Below, piece by piece: positions 12,207 to 28,100 of a stretch of DNA of 64,000 bases. The DNA is from Eledone cirrhosa (lineage: Eukaryota). Location: the NCBI GenBank assembly GCA_964016885.1, contig OZ024744.1, forward strand, positions 119,040,001-119,104,000, in the 5' to 3' direction. The notes beneath the pieces were generated by a model, which saw only the letters and a program-made list of their open reading frames with translations, was not told the origin of the DNA and made no database searches. The translations under genes were made by a program, and so were the position numbers. Positions within the stretch are counted from its first letter, which is position 1, and the number at the start of each line of letters is the position of its first letter.

Positions 12207-15200
12207 CGCCGAGGTTAACTTTGCCTTTCATCCTTACGGGGTCGATAAAATAAAGTACCAGTAATGTACTGGGTAATTTCTGGCCTTGTGCCAATAGTAG
12301 AAACAATTATTACTGTAACAATTGACTTGGTGTTACTAACATTATTACTGTAACAACTGACTAATGTTACTAACATTATTACTGTAACAACTGACTAATG
12401 GTACTAACATTATTACTGTAACAACTGACTTGGTGTTACTAACGTTATTACTGTAACAACTGACTTGGTGTTACTAACATTATTACTGTAACAACTGACC
12501 TGGTGTTACTAACATTATTACTGTAACAACTGACTTGGTGTTACTAACATTATTACTGTAACAACTGACTTGGTGTTACTAACATTATTACTGTAACAAC
12601 TGACTAATGTTACTAACATTATTACTGTAACAACTGACTTGGTGTTACTAACATTATTACTGTAACAACTGACTTGGTGTTACTAACATTATTACTGTAA
12701 CAACTGACTTGGTGTTACTAAGATTATTACTGTAACAACTGACTTGGTGTTACTAACATTATTACTGTAACAACTGACTAATGTTACTAACATTATTACT
12801 GTAACAACTGACTTGGTGTTACTAACATTATTACTGTAACAACTGACTTGGTGTTACTAACATTATTACTGTAACAACTGACTTGGTGTTACTAACATTA
12901 TTACTGTAACAACTGACTAATGTTACTAACATTATTACTGTAACAACTGACTTGGTGTTACTAACATTATTACTGTAACAACTGACTAATGTTACTAACA
13001 TTATTACTGTAACAACTGACTAATGTTACTAACATTATTACTGTAACAACTGACTTGGTGTTACTAACATTATTACTGTAACAACTGACTAATGTTACTA
13101 ACATTTTTACTGTAATAACTGACTTGGTGTTACTAACATTATTACTGTAACAACTGACTTGGTGTTACTAACATTATTACTGTAACAACTGACTTGGTGT
13201 TACTAACATTATTACTGTAACAACTGACTTGGTGTTACTTACATTATTACTGTAACAACTGACTTGGTGTTACTAACATTATTACTGTAACAACTGACTA
13301 ATGTTACCTACATTATTACTGTAACAACTGACTAATGTTACTAACATTATTACTGTAACAACTGTCTTGGTGTTACTAACATTATTACTGTAACAACTGA
13401 CTTGGTGTTACTAACATTATTACTGTAACAACTGACTAATGTTACTAACATTATTACTGTAACAACTGACTAATGTTACTAACATTATTACTGTAACAAC
13501 TGACTTGGTGTTACTAACATTATTACTGTAACAACTGACTTGGTGTTACTAACATTATTACTGTAACAACTGACTTGGTGTTACTAACATTATTACTGTA
13601 ACAACTGACTAATGTTACTAACATTATTACTGTAACAACTGACTAATGTTACTAACATTATTACTGTAACCACTGACTAATGTTACTAACATTATTACTG
13701 TAACAACTGACTTGGTGTTACTAACATTATTACTGTAACAACTGACTTGGTGTTACTAACATTATTACTGTAACCACTGACTAATGTTACTAACATTATT
13801 ACTGTAACAACTGATTTGGTGTTACTAACATTATTACTGTAACAACTGACTTGGTGTTACTAACATTATTACTGTAACAACTGACTTGGTGTTATTAACA
13901 TTATTACTGTAACAACTGACTTGGTGTTACTAACATTATTACTGTAACAACTGACTAATGTTACTAACATTATTACTGTAACCACTGACTAATGTTACTA
14001 ACATTATTACTGTAACAACTGACTTGGTGTTACTAACATTATTACTGTAACAACTGACTTGGTGTTACTAACATTATTACTGTAACCACTGACTAATGTT
14101 ACTAACATTATTACTGTAACAACTGACTTGGTGTTACTAACATTATTACTGTAACAACTGACATGGTGTTACTAACATTATTACTGTAACAACTGACTAA
14201 TGTTACTAACATTATTACTGTAACAACTGACTTGGTGTTACTAACATTATTACTGTAACAACTGACTTGGTGTTACTAACATTATTACTGTAACAACTGA
14301 CTAATGTTACTAACGTTATTACTGTAACAACTGACTTGGTGTTACTAACATTATTACTGTAACAACTGACTTGGTGTTACTAACATTATTACTGTAACAA
14401 CTGCCTAATGTTACTAACATTATTACTGTAACAACTGCCTAATGTTACTAACATTATTACTGTAACAAATGACTTGGTGTTACTAACATTATTACTGTAA
14501 CAACTGACTTGCTGTTACTAACATTATTACTGTAACAATTGACTTGGTGTTACTAACATGATTACTGTAACAACTGACTAATGTTACTAACATTATTACT
14601 GTAACAACTGACTAATGGAACTAACATTATTACTGTAACAACTGACTTGGTGTCACTAACATTATTACTTTAACAACTGACTTGGTGTTACTAACATTAT
14701 TACTGTAACAACTGACTAATGTTACTAACATTATTACTGTAACAACTGACTAATGTTACAAACATTATTACTGTAACAACTGACTAATGTTACTAACATT
14801 ATTACTGTAACAAATGACTAATGTTACTAACATTATTACTCTAACAACTGACTAATGTTACTAACATTATTACTGTAACTACTAACTAATGTTACTAACA
14901 TTATTACTGTAACAACTGACTTGGTGTTACTAACATTACTACTGTAACAACTGACTTGGTGTTACTAACATTATTACTGTAACAACTGACTAATGTTACT
15001 AACATTATTACTGTTACAACTGACTTGGTGTTACTAACATTATTACTGTAACAACTGACTTGGTGTTACTTACATTATTACTGTAACAACTGACTTGGTG
15101 TTACTAACATTATTACTGTAACAACTGACTAATGCTACTAACATTATTACTGTAACAACTGACTTGGTGTTACTAACATTATTAATGTAACAATTGACTT

Positions 15201-18200
15201 GGTGTTACTAACATTATTACTGTAACAACTGACTTGGTGTTACTAACATTATTACTGTAAAAACTGACTAATGTTACTAACATTATTACTGTAACAACTG
15301 ACTAATGGTACTAACATTATTACTGTAACAACTGACTTGGTGTCACTAACATTATTACTGTAACAACTGACTTGGTGTTACTAACATTATTACTGTAACA
15401 ACTGACTAATGTTATTAACATTATTACTGTAACAACTGACTAATGTTACTAACATTATTACTGTAACAAATGACTAATGTTACTAACATTATTACTGTAA
15501 CAACTGACTAATGTTACTAACATTATTACTGTAACAACTGACTAATGTTACTAACATTATTACTGTAACAACTGACTTGGTGTTACTAACATTATTATTG
15601 TAACTACTAACTAATGTTACTAACATTATTACTGTAACAACTGACTTGGTGTTACTAACATTATTACTGTAAAAACTGACTTGGTGTTACTAACATTATT
15701 ACTGTAACAACTGACTAAAGTTACTAACATTATTACTGTAACAACTGACTTGGTGTTACTAACATTATTACTGTAACAACTGACTTGGTGTTACTAACAT
15801 TATTACTGTAACAACTGACTAATGTTACTAACATTATTACTGTAACAACTGACTTGGTGTTACTAACTTTATTACTGTAACAACTGACTTAGTGTTACTT
15901 ACATTATTACTGTAACAACTGACTTGGTGTTACTAACATTATTACTGTAACAACTGACTAATGTTTCCTACATTATTACTGTAACAATTGACTTGGTGTT
16001 ACTAACATTATTACTGTAACAACTGACTAATGTTACTAACATTATTACTGTAACAACTGACTAATGTTACTAACATTATTACTGTAACAACTGACTTGGT
16101 GTTACTTACATTATTACTGTAACAACTGACTTGGTGTTACTAACATTATTACTGTAACAACTGACTTGGTGTTACTAACATTATTACTGTAACAACTGAC
16201 TAATGTTACTAACATTATTACTGTAACAACTGACTTGGTGTTACTAACATTATTACTGTAACAACTGACTTGGTGTTACTAACATTATTACTGTAACAAC
16301 TGACTAATGTTACTAACGTTATTACTGTAACAACTGACTTGGTGTTACTAACATTATTACTGTAACAACTGACTTGGTGTTACTAACATTATTACTGTAA
16401 CAACTGCCTAATGTTACTAACATTATTACTGTAACAACTGCCTAATGTTACTAACATTATTACTGTAACAAATGACTTGGTGTTACTAACATTATTACTG
16501 TAACAACTGACTTGCTGTTACTAACATTATTACTGTAACAATTGACTTGGTGTTACTAACATGATTACTGTAACAACTGACTAATGTTACTAACATTATT
16601 ACTGTAACAACTGACTAATGGTACTAACATTATTACTGTAACAACTGACTTGGTGTCACTAACATTATTACTTTAACAACTGAATTGGTGTTACTAACAT
16701 TATTACTGTAACAACTGACTAATGTTACTAACATTATTACTGTAACAACTGACTAATGTTACAAACATTATTACTGTAACAACTGACTAATGTTACTAAC
16801 ATTATTACTGTAACAAATGACGAATGTTACTAACATTATTACTCTAACAACTGACTAATGTTACTAACATTATTACTGTAACTACTAACTAATGTTACTA
16901 ACATTATTACTGTAACAACTGACTTGGTGTTACTAACATTACTACTGTAACAACTGACTTGGTGTTACTAACATTATTACTGTAACAACTGACTAATGTT
17001 ACTAACATTATTACTGTTACAACTGACTTGGTGTTACTAACATTATTACTGTAACAACTGACTTGGTGTTACTTACATTATTACTGTAACAACTGACTTG
17101 GTGTTACTAACATTATTACTGTAACAACTGACTAATGCTACTAACATTATTACTGTAACAACTGCCTTGGTGTTACTAACATTATTAATGTAACAATTGA
17201 CTTGGTGTTACTAACATTATTACTGTAACAACTGACTTGGTGTTACTAACATTATTACTGTAAAAACTGACTAATGTTACTAACATTATTACTGTAACAA
17301 CTGACTAATGGTACTAACATTAATACTGTAACAACTGACTTGGTGTCACTAACATTATTACTGTAACAACTGACTTGGTGTTACTAACATTATTACTGTA
17401 ACAACTGACTAATGTTATTAACATTATTACTGTAACAACTGACTAATGTTACTAACATTATTACTGTAACGAATGACTAATGTTACTAACATTATTACTG
17501 TAACAACTGACTAATGTTACTAACATTATTACTGTAACAACTGACTAATGTTACTAACATTATTACTGTAACAACTGACTTGGTGTTACTAACATTATTA
17601 TTGTAACTACTAACTAATGTTACTAACATTATTACTGTAACAACTGACTTGGTGTTACTAACATTATTACTGTAAAAACTGACTTGGTGTTACTAACATT
17701 ATTACTGTAACAACTGACTAAAGTTACTAACATTATTACTGTAACAACTGACTTGGTGTTACTAACATTATTACTGTAACAACAGACTTGGTGTTACTAA
17801 CATTATTACTGTAACAACTGACTAATGTTACTAACATTATTACTGTAACAACTGACTTGGTGTTACTAACTTTATTACTGTAACAACTGACTTGGTGTTA
17901 CTTACATTATTACTGTAACAACTGACTTGGTGTTACTAACATTATTACTGTAACAACTGACTAATGTTTCCTACATTATTACTGTAACAATTGACTTGGT
18001 GTTACTAACATTATTACTGTAACAACTGACTAATGTTACTAACATTATTACTGTAACAACTGACTAATGTTACTAACATTATTACTGTAACAACTGACTT
18101 GGTGTTACTTACATTATTACTGTAACAACTGACTTGGTGTTACTAACATTATTACTGTAACAACTGACTTGGTGTTACTAACATTATTACTGTAACAACT

Positions 18201-19139
18201 GACTAATGTTACTAACATTATTACTGTAACAACTGACTAATGTTACTAACGTTATTACTGTAACAACTGACTTGGTGTTACTAACATTATTACTGTAACA
18301 ACTGACTTGGTGTTACTAACGTTATTACTGTAAAAACTGACTTGGTGTTACTAACATTATTACTGTAACAACTGACTTGGTGTTACTAACATTATTACTG
18401 TAACAACTGACTTGGTGTTACTAACATTATTACTGTAACAACTGACTAATGTTACTAACATTATTACTGTAACAACTGAGTTGGTGTTACTAACATTATT
18501 ACTGTAACAACTGACTTGGTGTTACTAACATTATTACTGTAACAACTGACTTGGTGTTACTAACATTATTACTGTAACAACTGACTAATGTTACTAACCT
18601 TATTACTGTAACAATGGACTTGGTGTTACTAACATTATTACTGTAACAACTGACTAATGTTACTAACATTATTACTGTAACAACTGACTAATGTTACTAA
18701 CATTATTACTGTAACAACTGATTAATGTTACTAACATTTTTACTGTAATAACTGACTTGGTGTTACTAACATTATTACTGTAACAACTGACTTGGTGTTA
18801 CTAACATTATTACTGTAACAACTGACTTGGTGTTACTTACATTATTACTGTAACAACTAACTTGGTATTATTTACATTATTACTATAACAACTGACTTGG
18901 TGTTACTAACATTATTACTGTAACAACTGACTAATGTTACCTACATTATTACTGTAACAATTAACTTGGTGTTACTAACATTATTACTGTAACAACTGAC
19001 TAATGTTACTAACATTATTACTGTAACAACTGACTTGGTGTTACTAACATTATTACTGTAACAACTGACTAATGTTACTAACATTATTACTGTAACAACT
19101 GACTAATGTTACTAACATTATTACTCTAACAACTGCCTA

Positions 19140-22100
19140 ATGGTACTAACATTATTACTGTAACAACTGACTAATGTTACTAACATTATTACTGTAACAA
19201 CTGACTAATGTTACAAACATTATTACTGTAACAACTGACTAATGTTACTAACATTATTACTGTAACAAATGACTAATGTTACTAACATTATTACTCTAAC
19301 AACTGACTAATGTTACTAACATTATTACTGTAACTACTAACTAATGTTACTAACATTATTACTGTAACAACTGACTTGGTGTTACTAACATTACTACTGT
19401 AACAACTGACTTGGTGTTACTAACATTATTACTGTAACAACTGACTAATGTTACTAACATTATTACTGTTACAACTGACTTGGTGTTACTAACATTATTA
19501 CTGTAACAACTGACTTGGTGTTACTTACATTATTACTGTAACAACTGACTTGGTGTTACTAACATTATTACTGTAACAACTGACTAATGCTACTGACATT
19601 ATTACTGTAACAACTGACTTGGTGTTACTAACATTATTAATGTAACAATTGACTTGGTGTTACTAACATTATTACTGTAACAACTGACTTGGTGTTACTA
19701 ACATTATTACTGTAAAAACTGACTAATGTTACTAACATTATTACTGTAACAACTGACTAATGGTACTAACATTATTACTGTAACAACTGACTAATGTTAC
19801 TAACATTATTACTGTAACAACTGACTAATGTTACTAACATTATTACTGTAACAACTGACTTGGTGTTACTAACATTATTATTGTAACTACTAACTAATGT
19901 TACTAACATTATTACTGTAACAACTGACTTGGTGTTACTAACATTATTACTGTAACAACTGACTAATGTTACTAACGTTATTACTGTAACAACTGACTTG
20001 GTGTTACTAACATTATTACTGTAACAACTGACTTGGTGTTACTAACATTATTACTGTAACAACTGCCTAATGTTACTAACATTATTACTGTAACAACTGC
20101 CTAATGTTACTAACATTATTACTGTAACAACTGACTTGGTGTTACTAACATTATTACTGTAACAACTGACTTGCTGTTACTAACATTATTACTGTAACAA
20201 TTGACTTGGTGTTACTAACATGATTACTGTAACAACTGACTAATGTTACTAACATTATTACTGTAACAACTGACTAATGGTACTAACATTATTACTGTAA
20301 CAACTGACTTGGTGTCACTAACATTATTACTGTAACAACTGACTTGGTGTTACTAACATTATTACTGTAACAACTGATTAATGTTACTAACATTATTACT
20401 GTAACAACTGACTAATGTTACTAACATTATTACTGTAACAACTGACTAATGTTACTAACATTATTACTGTAACAACTGACTAATGTTACAAACATTATTA
20501 CTGTAACAACTGACTAATGTTACTAACATTATTACTGTAACAAATGACTAATGTTACTAACATTATTACTCTAACAACTGACTAATGTTACTAACATTAT
20601 TACTGTAACTACTAACTAATGTTACTAACATTATTACTGTAACAACTGACTTGGTGTTACTAACATTACTACTGTAACAACTGACTTGGTGTTACTAACA
20701 TTATTACTGTAACAACTGACTAATGTTACTAACATTATTACTGTTACAAGTGACTTGGTGTTACTAACATTATTACTGTAACAACTGACTTGGTGTTACT
20801 TACATTATTACTGTAACAACTGACTTGGTGTTACTAACATTATTACTGTAACAACTGACTAATGCTACTAACATTATTACTGTAACAACTGACTTGGTGT
20901 TACTAACATTATTAATGTAACAATTGACTTGGTGTTACTAACATTATTACTGTAACAACTGACTTGGTGTTACTAACATTATTACTGTAAAAACTGACTA
21001 ATGTTACTAACATTATTACTGTAACAACTGACTAATGGTACTAACATTATTACTGTAACAACTGACTTGGTGTCACTAACATTATTACTGTAACAACTGA
21101 CTTGGTGTTACTAACATTATTACTGTAACAACTGACTAATGTTACTAACATTATTACTGTAACAACTGACTAATGTTACTAACATTATTACTGTAACAAC
21201 TGACTAATGTTACTAACATTATTACTGTAACAACTGACTTGGTGTTACTAACATTATTATTGTAACTACTAACTAATGTTACTAATATTATTACTGTAAC
21301 AACTGACTTGGTGTTACTAACATTATTACTGTAAAAACTGACTTGGTGTTACTAACATTATTACTGTAACAACTGACTAAAGTTACTAACATTATTACTG
21401 TAACAACTGACTTGGTGTTACTAACATTATTACTGTAACAACTGACTTGGTGTTACTAACATTATTACTGTAACAACTGACTAATGTTAGTAACATTATT
21501 ACTGTAACAACTGACTAATGTTACTAACATTATTACTGTAACAACTGACTTGGTGTTACTTACATTATTACTGTAACAACTGACTTGGTGTTACTAACAT
21601 TATTACTGTAACAACTGACTTGGTGTTACTAACATTATTACTGTAACAACTGACTAATGTTACTAACATTATTACTGTAACAACTGACTAATGTTACTAA
21701 CGTTATTACTGTAACAACTGACTTGGTGTTACTAACATTATTACTGTAACAACTGACTTGGTGTTACTAACGTTATTACTGTAACAACTGACTTGGTGTT
21801 ACTAACATTATTACTGTAACAACTGACTTGGTGTTACTAACATTATTACTGTAACAACTGACTTGGTGTTACTAACATTATTACTGTAACAACTGACTAA
21901 TGTTACTAACATTATTACTGTAACAACTGACTTGGTGTTACTAACATTATTACTGTAACAACTGACTTGGTGTTACTAACATTATTACTGTAACAACTGA
22001 CTTGGTGTTACTAACATTATTACTGTAACAACTGACTAATGTTACTAACTTTATTACTGTAACAACGGACTTGGTGTTACTAACATTATTACTGTAACAA

Positions 22101-25100
22101 CTGACTAATGTTACTAACATTATTACTGTAACAACTGACTAATGTTACTAACATTATTACTGTAACAACTGATTAATGTTACTAACATTTTTACTGTAAT
22201 AACTGACTTGGTGTTACTAACATTATTACTGTAACAACTGACTTGGTGTTACTAACATTATTACTGTAACAACTGACTTGGTGTTACTAACATTATTACT
22301 GTAACAACTAACTTGGTATTATTTACATTATTACTATAACAACTGACTTGGCGTTACTAACATTATTACTGTAACAACTGACTAATGTTACCTACATTAT
22401 TACTGTAACAATTAACTTGGTGTTACTAACATTATTACTGTAACAACTGACTAATGTTACTAACATTATTACTGTAACAACTGACTAATGTTACTAACAT
22501 TATTACTCTAACAACTGACTAATGTTACTAACATTATTACTGTAACAACTGACTAATGTTACTAACATTATTACTGTAACAACTGACTAATGTTACTAAC
22601 ATTATTACTGTAACAACTGACTTGGTGTTACTAACATTATTACTGTAACAACTGACTTGGTGTTACTAACATTATTACTGTAACAACTGACTTCGTGTTA
22701 CTAACATTATTACTGTAACAACTGACTAATGTTACTAACATTATTACTGTAACACCTGACTTGGTGTTACTAACATTATTACTGTAACAACTGACTTGCT
22801 GTTACTAACATTATTACTGTAAAAACTGACTTGGTGTTACTCACATTATTACTGTAACAACTGACTAATGTTACTAACATTATTACTGTAACAACTGACT
22901 AATGTTACTAACATTATTACTGTAACAACTGATTAATGTTACTAACATTTTTACTGTAATAACTGACTTGGTGTTACTAACATTATTACTGTAACAACTG
23001 ACTTGGTGTTACTAACATTATTACTGTAACAACTGACTTGGTGTTACTTACATTATTACTGTAACAACTAACTTGGTATTATTTACATTATTACGATAAC
23101 AACTGACTAATGTTACTAACATTATTACTGTAACAACTGACTTGGTGTTACTAACATTATTACTGTAACAACTGACTAATGTTACCTACATTATTACTGT
23201 AACAATTAACTTGGTGTTACTAACATTATTACTGTAACAACTGACTAATGTTACTAACATTATTACTGTAACAACTGACTTGGTGTTACTAACATTATTA
23301 CTGTAACAACTGACTAATGTTACTAACATTATTACTGTAACAACTGACTAATGTTACTAACATTATTACTCTAACAACTGACTAATGTTACTAACATTAT
23401 TACTGTAACAACTGACTAATGTTACTAACATTATTACTGTAACAACTGACTAATGTTACTAACATTATTACTGTAACAACTGACTTGGTGTTACTAACAT
23501 TATTACTGTAACAACTGACTTCGTGTTACTAACATTATTACTGTAACAACTGACTAATGTTACTAACGTTATTACTGTAACAACTGACTTGGTGTTACTA
23601 ACATTATTACTGTAACAACTGACTTGGTGTTACTAACATTATTACTGTAACAACTGCCTAATGTTACTAACATTATTACTGTAACAACTGCCTAATGTTC
23701 CTAACATTATTACTGTAACAACTGACTTGGTGTTACTAACATTATTACTGTAACAACTGACTTGCTGTTACTAACATTATTACTGTAACAATTGACTTGG
23801 TGTTACTAACATGATTACTGTAACAACTGACTAATGTTACTAACATTATTACTGTAACAACTGACTAATGGTACTAACATTATTACTGTAACAACTGACT
23901 AATGTTACTAACATTATTACTGTAACAACTGACTAATGGTACTAACATTATTACTGTAACAACTGACTAATGTTACTAACATTATTACTGTAACAACTGA
24001 CTAATGTTACAAACATTATTACTGTAACAACTGACTAATGTTACTAACATTATTACTGTAACAAATGACTAATGTTACTAACATTATTACTCTAACAACT
24101 GACTAATGTTACTAACATTATTACTGTAACTACTAACTAATGTTACTAACATTATTACTGTAACAACTGACTTGGTGTTACTAACATTACTACTGTAACA
24201 ACTGACTTGGTGTTACTAACATTATTACTGTAACAACTGACTAATGTTACTAACATTATTACTGTTACAACTGACTTGGTGTTACTAACATTATTACTGT
24301 AACAACTGACTTGGTGTTACTTACATTATTACTGTAACAACTGACTTGGTGTTACTAACATTATTACTGTAACAACTGACTAATGCTACTGACATTATTA
24401 CTGTAACAACTGACTTGGTGTTACTAACATTATTAATGTAACAATTGACTTGGTGTTACTAACATTATTACTGTAACAACTGACTTGGTGTTACTAACAT
24501 TATTACTGTAAAAACTGACTAATGTTACTAACATTATTACTGTAACAACTGACTAATGGTACTAACATTATTACTGTAACAACTGACTAATGTTACTAAC
24601 ATTATTACTGTAACAACTGACTAATGTTACTAACATTATTACTGTAACAACTGACTTGGTGTTACTAACATTATTATTGTAACTACTAACTAATGTTACT
24701 AACATTATTACTGTAACAACTGACTTGGTGTTACTAACATTATTACTGTAACAACTGACTAATGTTACTAACGTTATTACTGTAACAACTGACTTGGTGT
24801 TACTAACATTATTACTGTAACAACTGACTTGGTGTTACTAACATTATTACTGTAACAACTGCCTAATGTTACTAACATTATTACTGTAACAACTGCCTAA
24901 TGTTACTAACATTATTACTGTAACAACTGACTTGGTGTTACTAACATTATTACTGTAACAACTGACTTGCTGTTACTAACATTATTACTGTAACAATTGA
25001 CTTGGTGTTACTAACATGATTACTGTAACAACTGACTAATGTTACTAACATTATTACTGTAACAACTGACTAATGGTACTAACATTATTACTGTAACAAC

Positions 25101-28100
25101 TGACTTGGTGTCACTAACATTATTACTGTAACAACTGACTTGGTGTTACTAACATTATTACTGTAACAACTGATTAATGTTACTAACATTATTACTGTAA
25201 CAACTGACTAATGTTACTAACATTATTACTGTAACAACTGACTAATGTTACTAACATTATTACTGTAACAACTGACTAATGTTACAAACATTATTACTGT
25301 AACAACTGACTAATGTTACTAACATTATTACTGTAACAAATGACTAATGTTACTAACATTATTACTCTAACAACTGACTAATGTTACTAACATTATTACT
25401 GTAACTACTAACTAATGTTACTAACATTATTACTGTAACAACTGACTTGGTGTTACTAACATTACTACTGTAACAACTGACTTGGTGTTACTAACATTAT
25501 TACTGTAACAACTGACTAATGTTACTAACATTATTACTGTTACAAGTGACTTGGTGTTACTAACATTATTACTGTAACAACTGACTTGGTGTTACTTACA
25601 TTATTACTGTAACAACTGACTTGGTGTTACTAACATTATTACTGTAACAACTGACTAATGCTACTAACATTATTACTGTAACAACTGACTTGGTGTTACT
25701 AACATTATTAATGTAACAATTGACTTGGTGTTACTAACATTATTACTGTAACAACTGACTTGGTGTTACTAACATTATTACTGTAAAAACTGACTAATGT
25801 TACTAACATTATTACTGTAACAACTGACTAATGGTACTAACATTATTACTGTAACAACTGACTTGGTGTCACTAACATTATTACTGTAACAACTGACTTG
25901 GTGTTACTAACATTATTACTGTAACAACTGGCTAATGTTACTAACATTATTACTGTAACAACTGACTAATGTTACTAACATTATTACTGTAACAACTGAC
26001 TAATGTTACTAACATTATTACTGTAACAACTGACTTGGTGTTACTAACATTATTATTGTAACTACTAACTAATGTTACTAATATTATTACTGTAACAACT
26101 GACTTGGTGTTACTAACATTATTACTGTAAAAACTGACTTGGTGTTACTAACATTATTACTGTAACAACTGACTAAAGTTACTAACATTATTACTGTAAC
26201 AACTGACTTGGTGTTACTAACATTATTACTGTAACAACTGACTTGGTGTTACTAACATTATTACTGTAACAACTGACTAATGTTAGTAACATTATTACTG
26301 TAACAACTGACTAATGTTACTAACATTATTACTGTAACAACTGACTTGGTGTTACTTACATTATTACTGTAACAACTGACTTGGTGTTACTAACATTATT
26401 ACTGTAACAACTGACTTGGTGTTACTAACATTATTACTGTAACAACTGACTAATGTTACTAACATTATTACTGTAACAACTGACTAATGTTACTAACGTT
26501 ATTACTGTAACAACTGACTTGGTGTTACTAACATTATTACTGTAACAACTGACTTGGTGTTACTAACGTTATTACTGTAACAACTGACTTGGTGTTACTA
26601 ACATTATTACTGTAACAACTGACTTGGTGTTACTAACATTATTACTGTAACAACTGACTTGGTGTTACTAACATTATTACTGTAACAACTGACTAATGTT
26701 ACTAACATTATTACTGTAACAACTGACTTGGTGTTACTAACATTATTACTGTAACAACTGACTTGGTGTTACTAACATTATTACTGTAACAACTGACTTG
26801 GTGTTACTAACATTATTACTGTAACAACTGACTAATGTTACTAACTTTATTACTGTAACAACGGACTTGGTGTTACTAACATTATTACTGTAACAACTGA
26901 CTAATGTTACTAACATTATTACTGTAACAACTGACTAATGTTACTAACATTATTACTGTAACAACTGATTAATGTTACTAACATTTTTACTGTAATAACT
27001 GACTTGGTGTTACTAACATTATTACTGTAACAACTGACTTGGTGTTACTAACATTATTACTGTAACAACTGACTTGGTGTTACTAACATTATTACTGTAA
27101 CAACTAACTTGGTATTATTTACATTATTACTATAACAACTGACTTGGCGTTACTAACATTATTACTGTAACAACTGACTAATGTTACTAACGTTATTACT
27201 GTAACAACTGACTTGGTGTTACTAACATTATTACTGTAACAACTGACTTGGTGTTACTAACATTATTACTGTAACAACTGCCTAATGTTACTAACATTAT
27301 TACTGTAACAACTGCCTAATGTTCCTAACATTATTACTGTAACAACTGACTTGGTGTTACTAACATTATTACTGTAACAACTGACTTGCTGTTACTAACA
27401 TTATTACTGTAACAATTGACTTGGTGTTACTAACATGATTACTGTAACAACTGACTAATGTTACTAACATTATTACTGTAACAACTGACTAATGGTACTA
27501 ACATTATTACTGTAACAACTGACTAATGTTACTAACATTATTACTGTAACAACTGACTAATGGTACTAACATTATTACTGTAACAACTGACTAATGTTAC
27601 TAACATTATTACTGTAACAACTGACTAATGTTACAAACATTATTACTGTAACAACTGACTAATGTTACTAACATTATTACTGTAACAAATGACTAATGTT
27701 ACTAACATTATTACTCTAACAACTGACTAATGTTACTAACATTATTACTGTAACTACTAACTAATGTTACTAACATTATTACTGTAACAACTGACTTGGT
27801 GTTACTAACATTACTACTGTAACAACTGACTTGGTGTTACTAACATTATTACTGTAACAACTGACTAATGTTACTAACATTATTACTGTTACAACTGACT
27901 TGGTGTTACTAACATTATTACTGTAACAACTGACTTGGTGTTACTTACATTATTACTGTAACAACTGACTTGGTGTTACTAACATTATTACTGTAACAAC
28001 TGACTAATGCTACTGACATTATTACTGTAACAACTGACTTGGTGTTACTAACATTATTAATGTAACAATTGACTTGGTGTTACTAACATTATTACTGTAA

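Larger units (their letters stand above)
12120..12305 (+). mobile_element. tRNA-derived SINE-like element, copy 2
   Basis: Identical by eye to 4032-4217 at offset 8088, with the same 5' junction (GACCTGGTG|GAGG) and 3' junction (AAACA|ATTATTAC). Confidence 0.85.
3770..19130. repeat. ~8-kb tandem duplication carrying the SINE (~3770-11290 vs ~11858-19130)
   Basis: Offset 8088 for the SINE, TAAGATT (4634/12722), GGAACT (6531/14619) and CTTTAAC (8581/16669). Offset 7849 for CGAATG (9622/17471), AACAGAC (9935/17784), GAGTTGG (10631/18480) and CTCTAA (11277/19126). Confidence 0.9.

Noticed and set aside
1-12305. Three independent SINE insertions, or LTR/terminal repeats bounding a larger element
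   Set aside because: Junctions and flanking variant order are identical, and only satellite lies between the copies, which indicates passive duplication.
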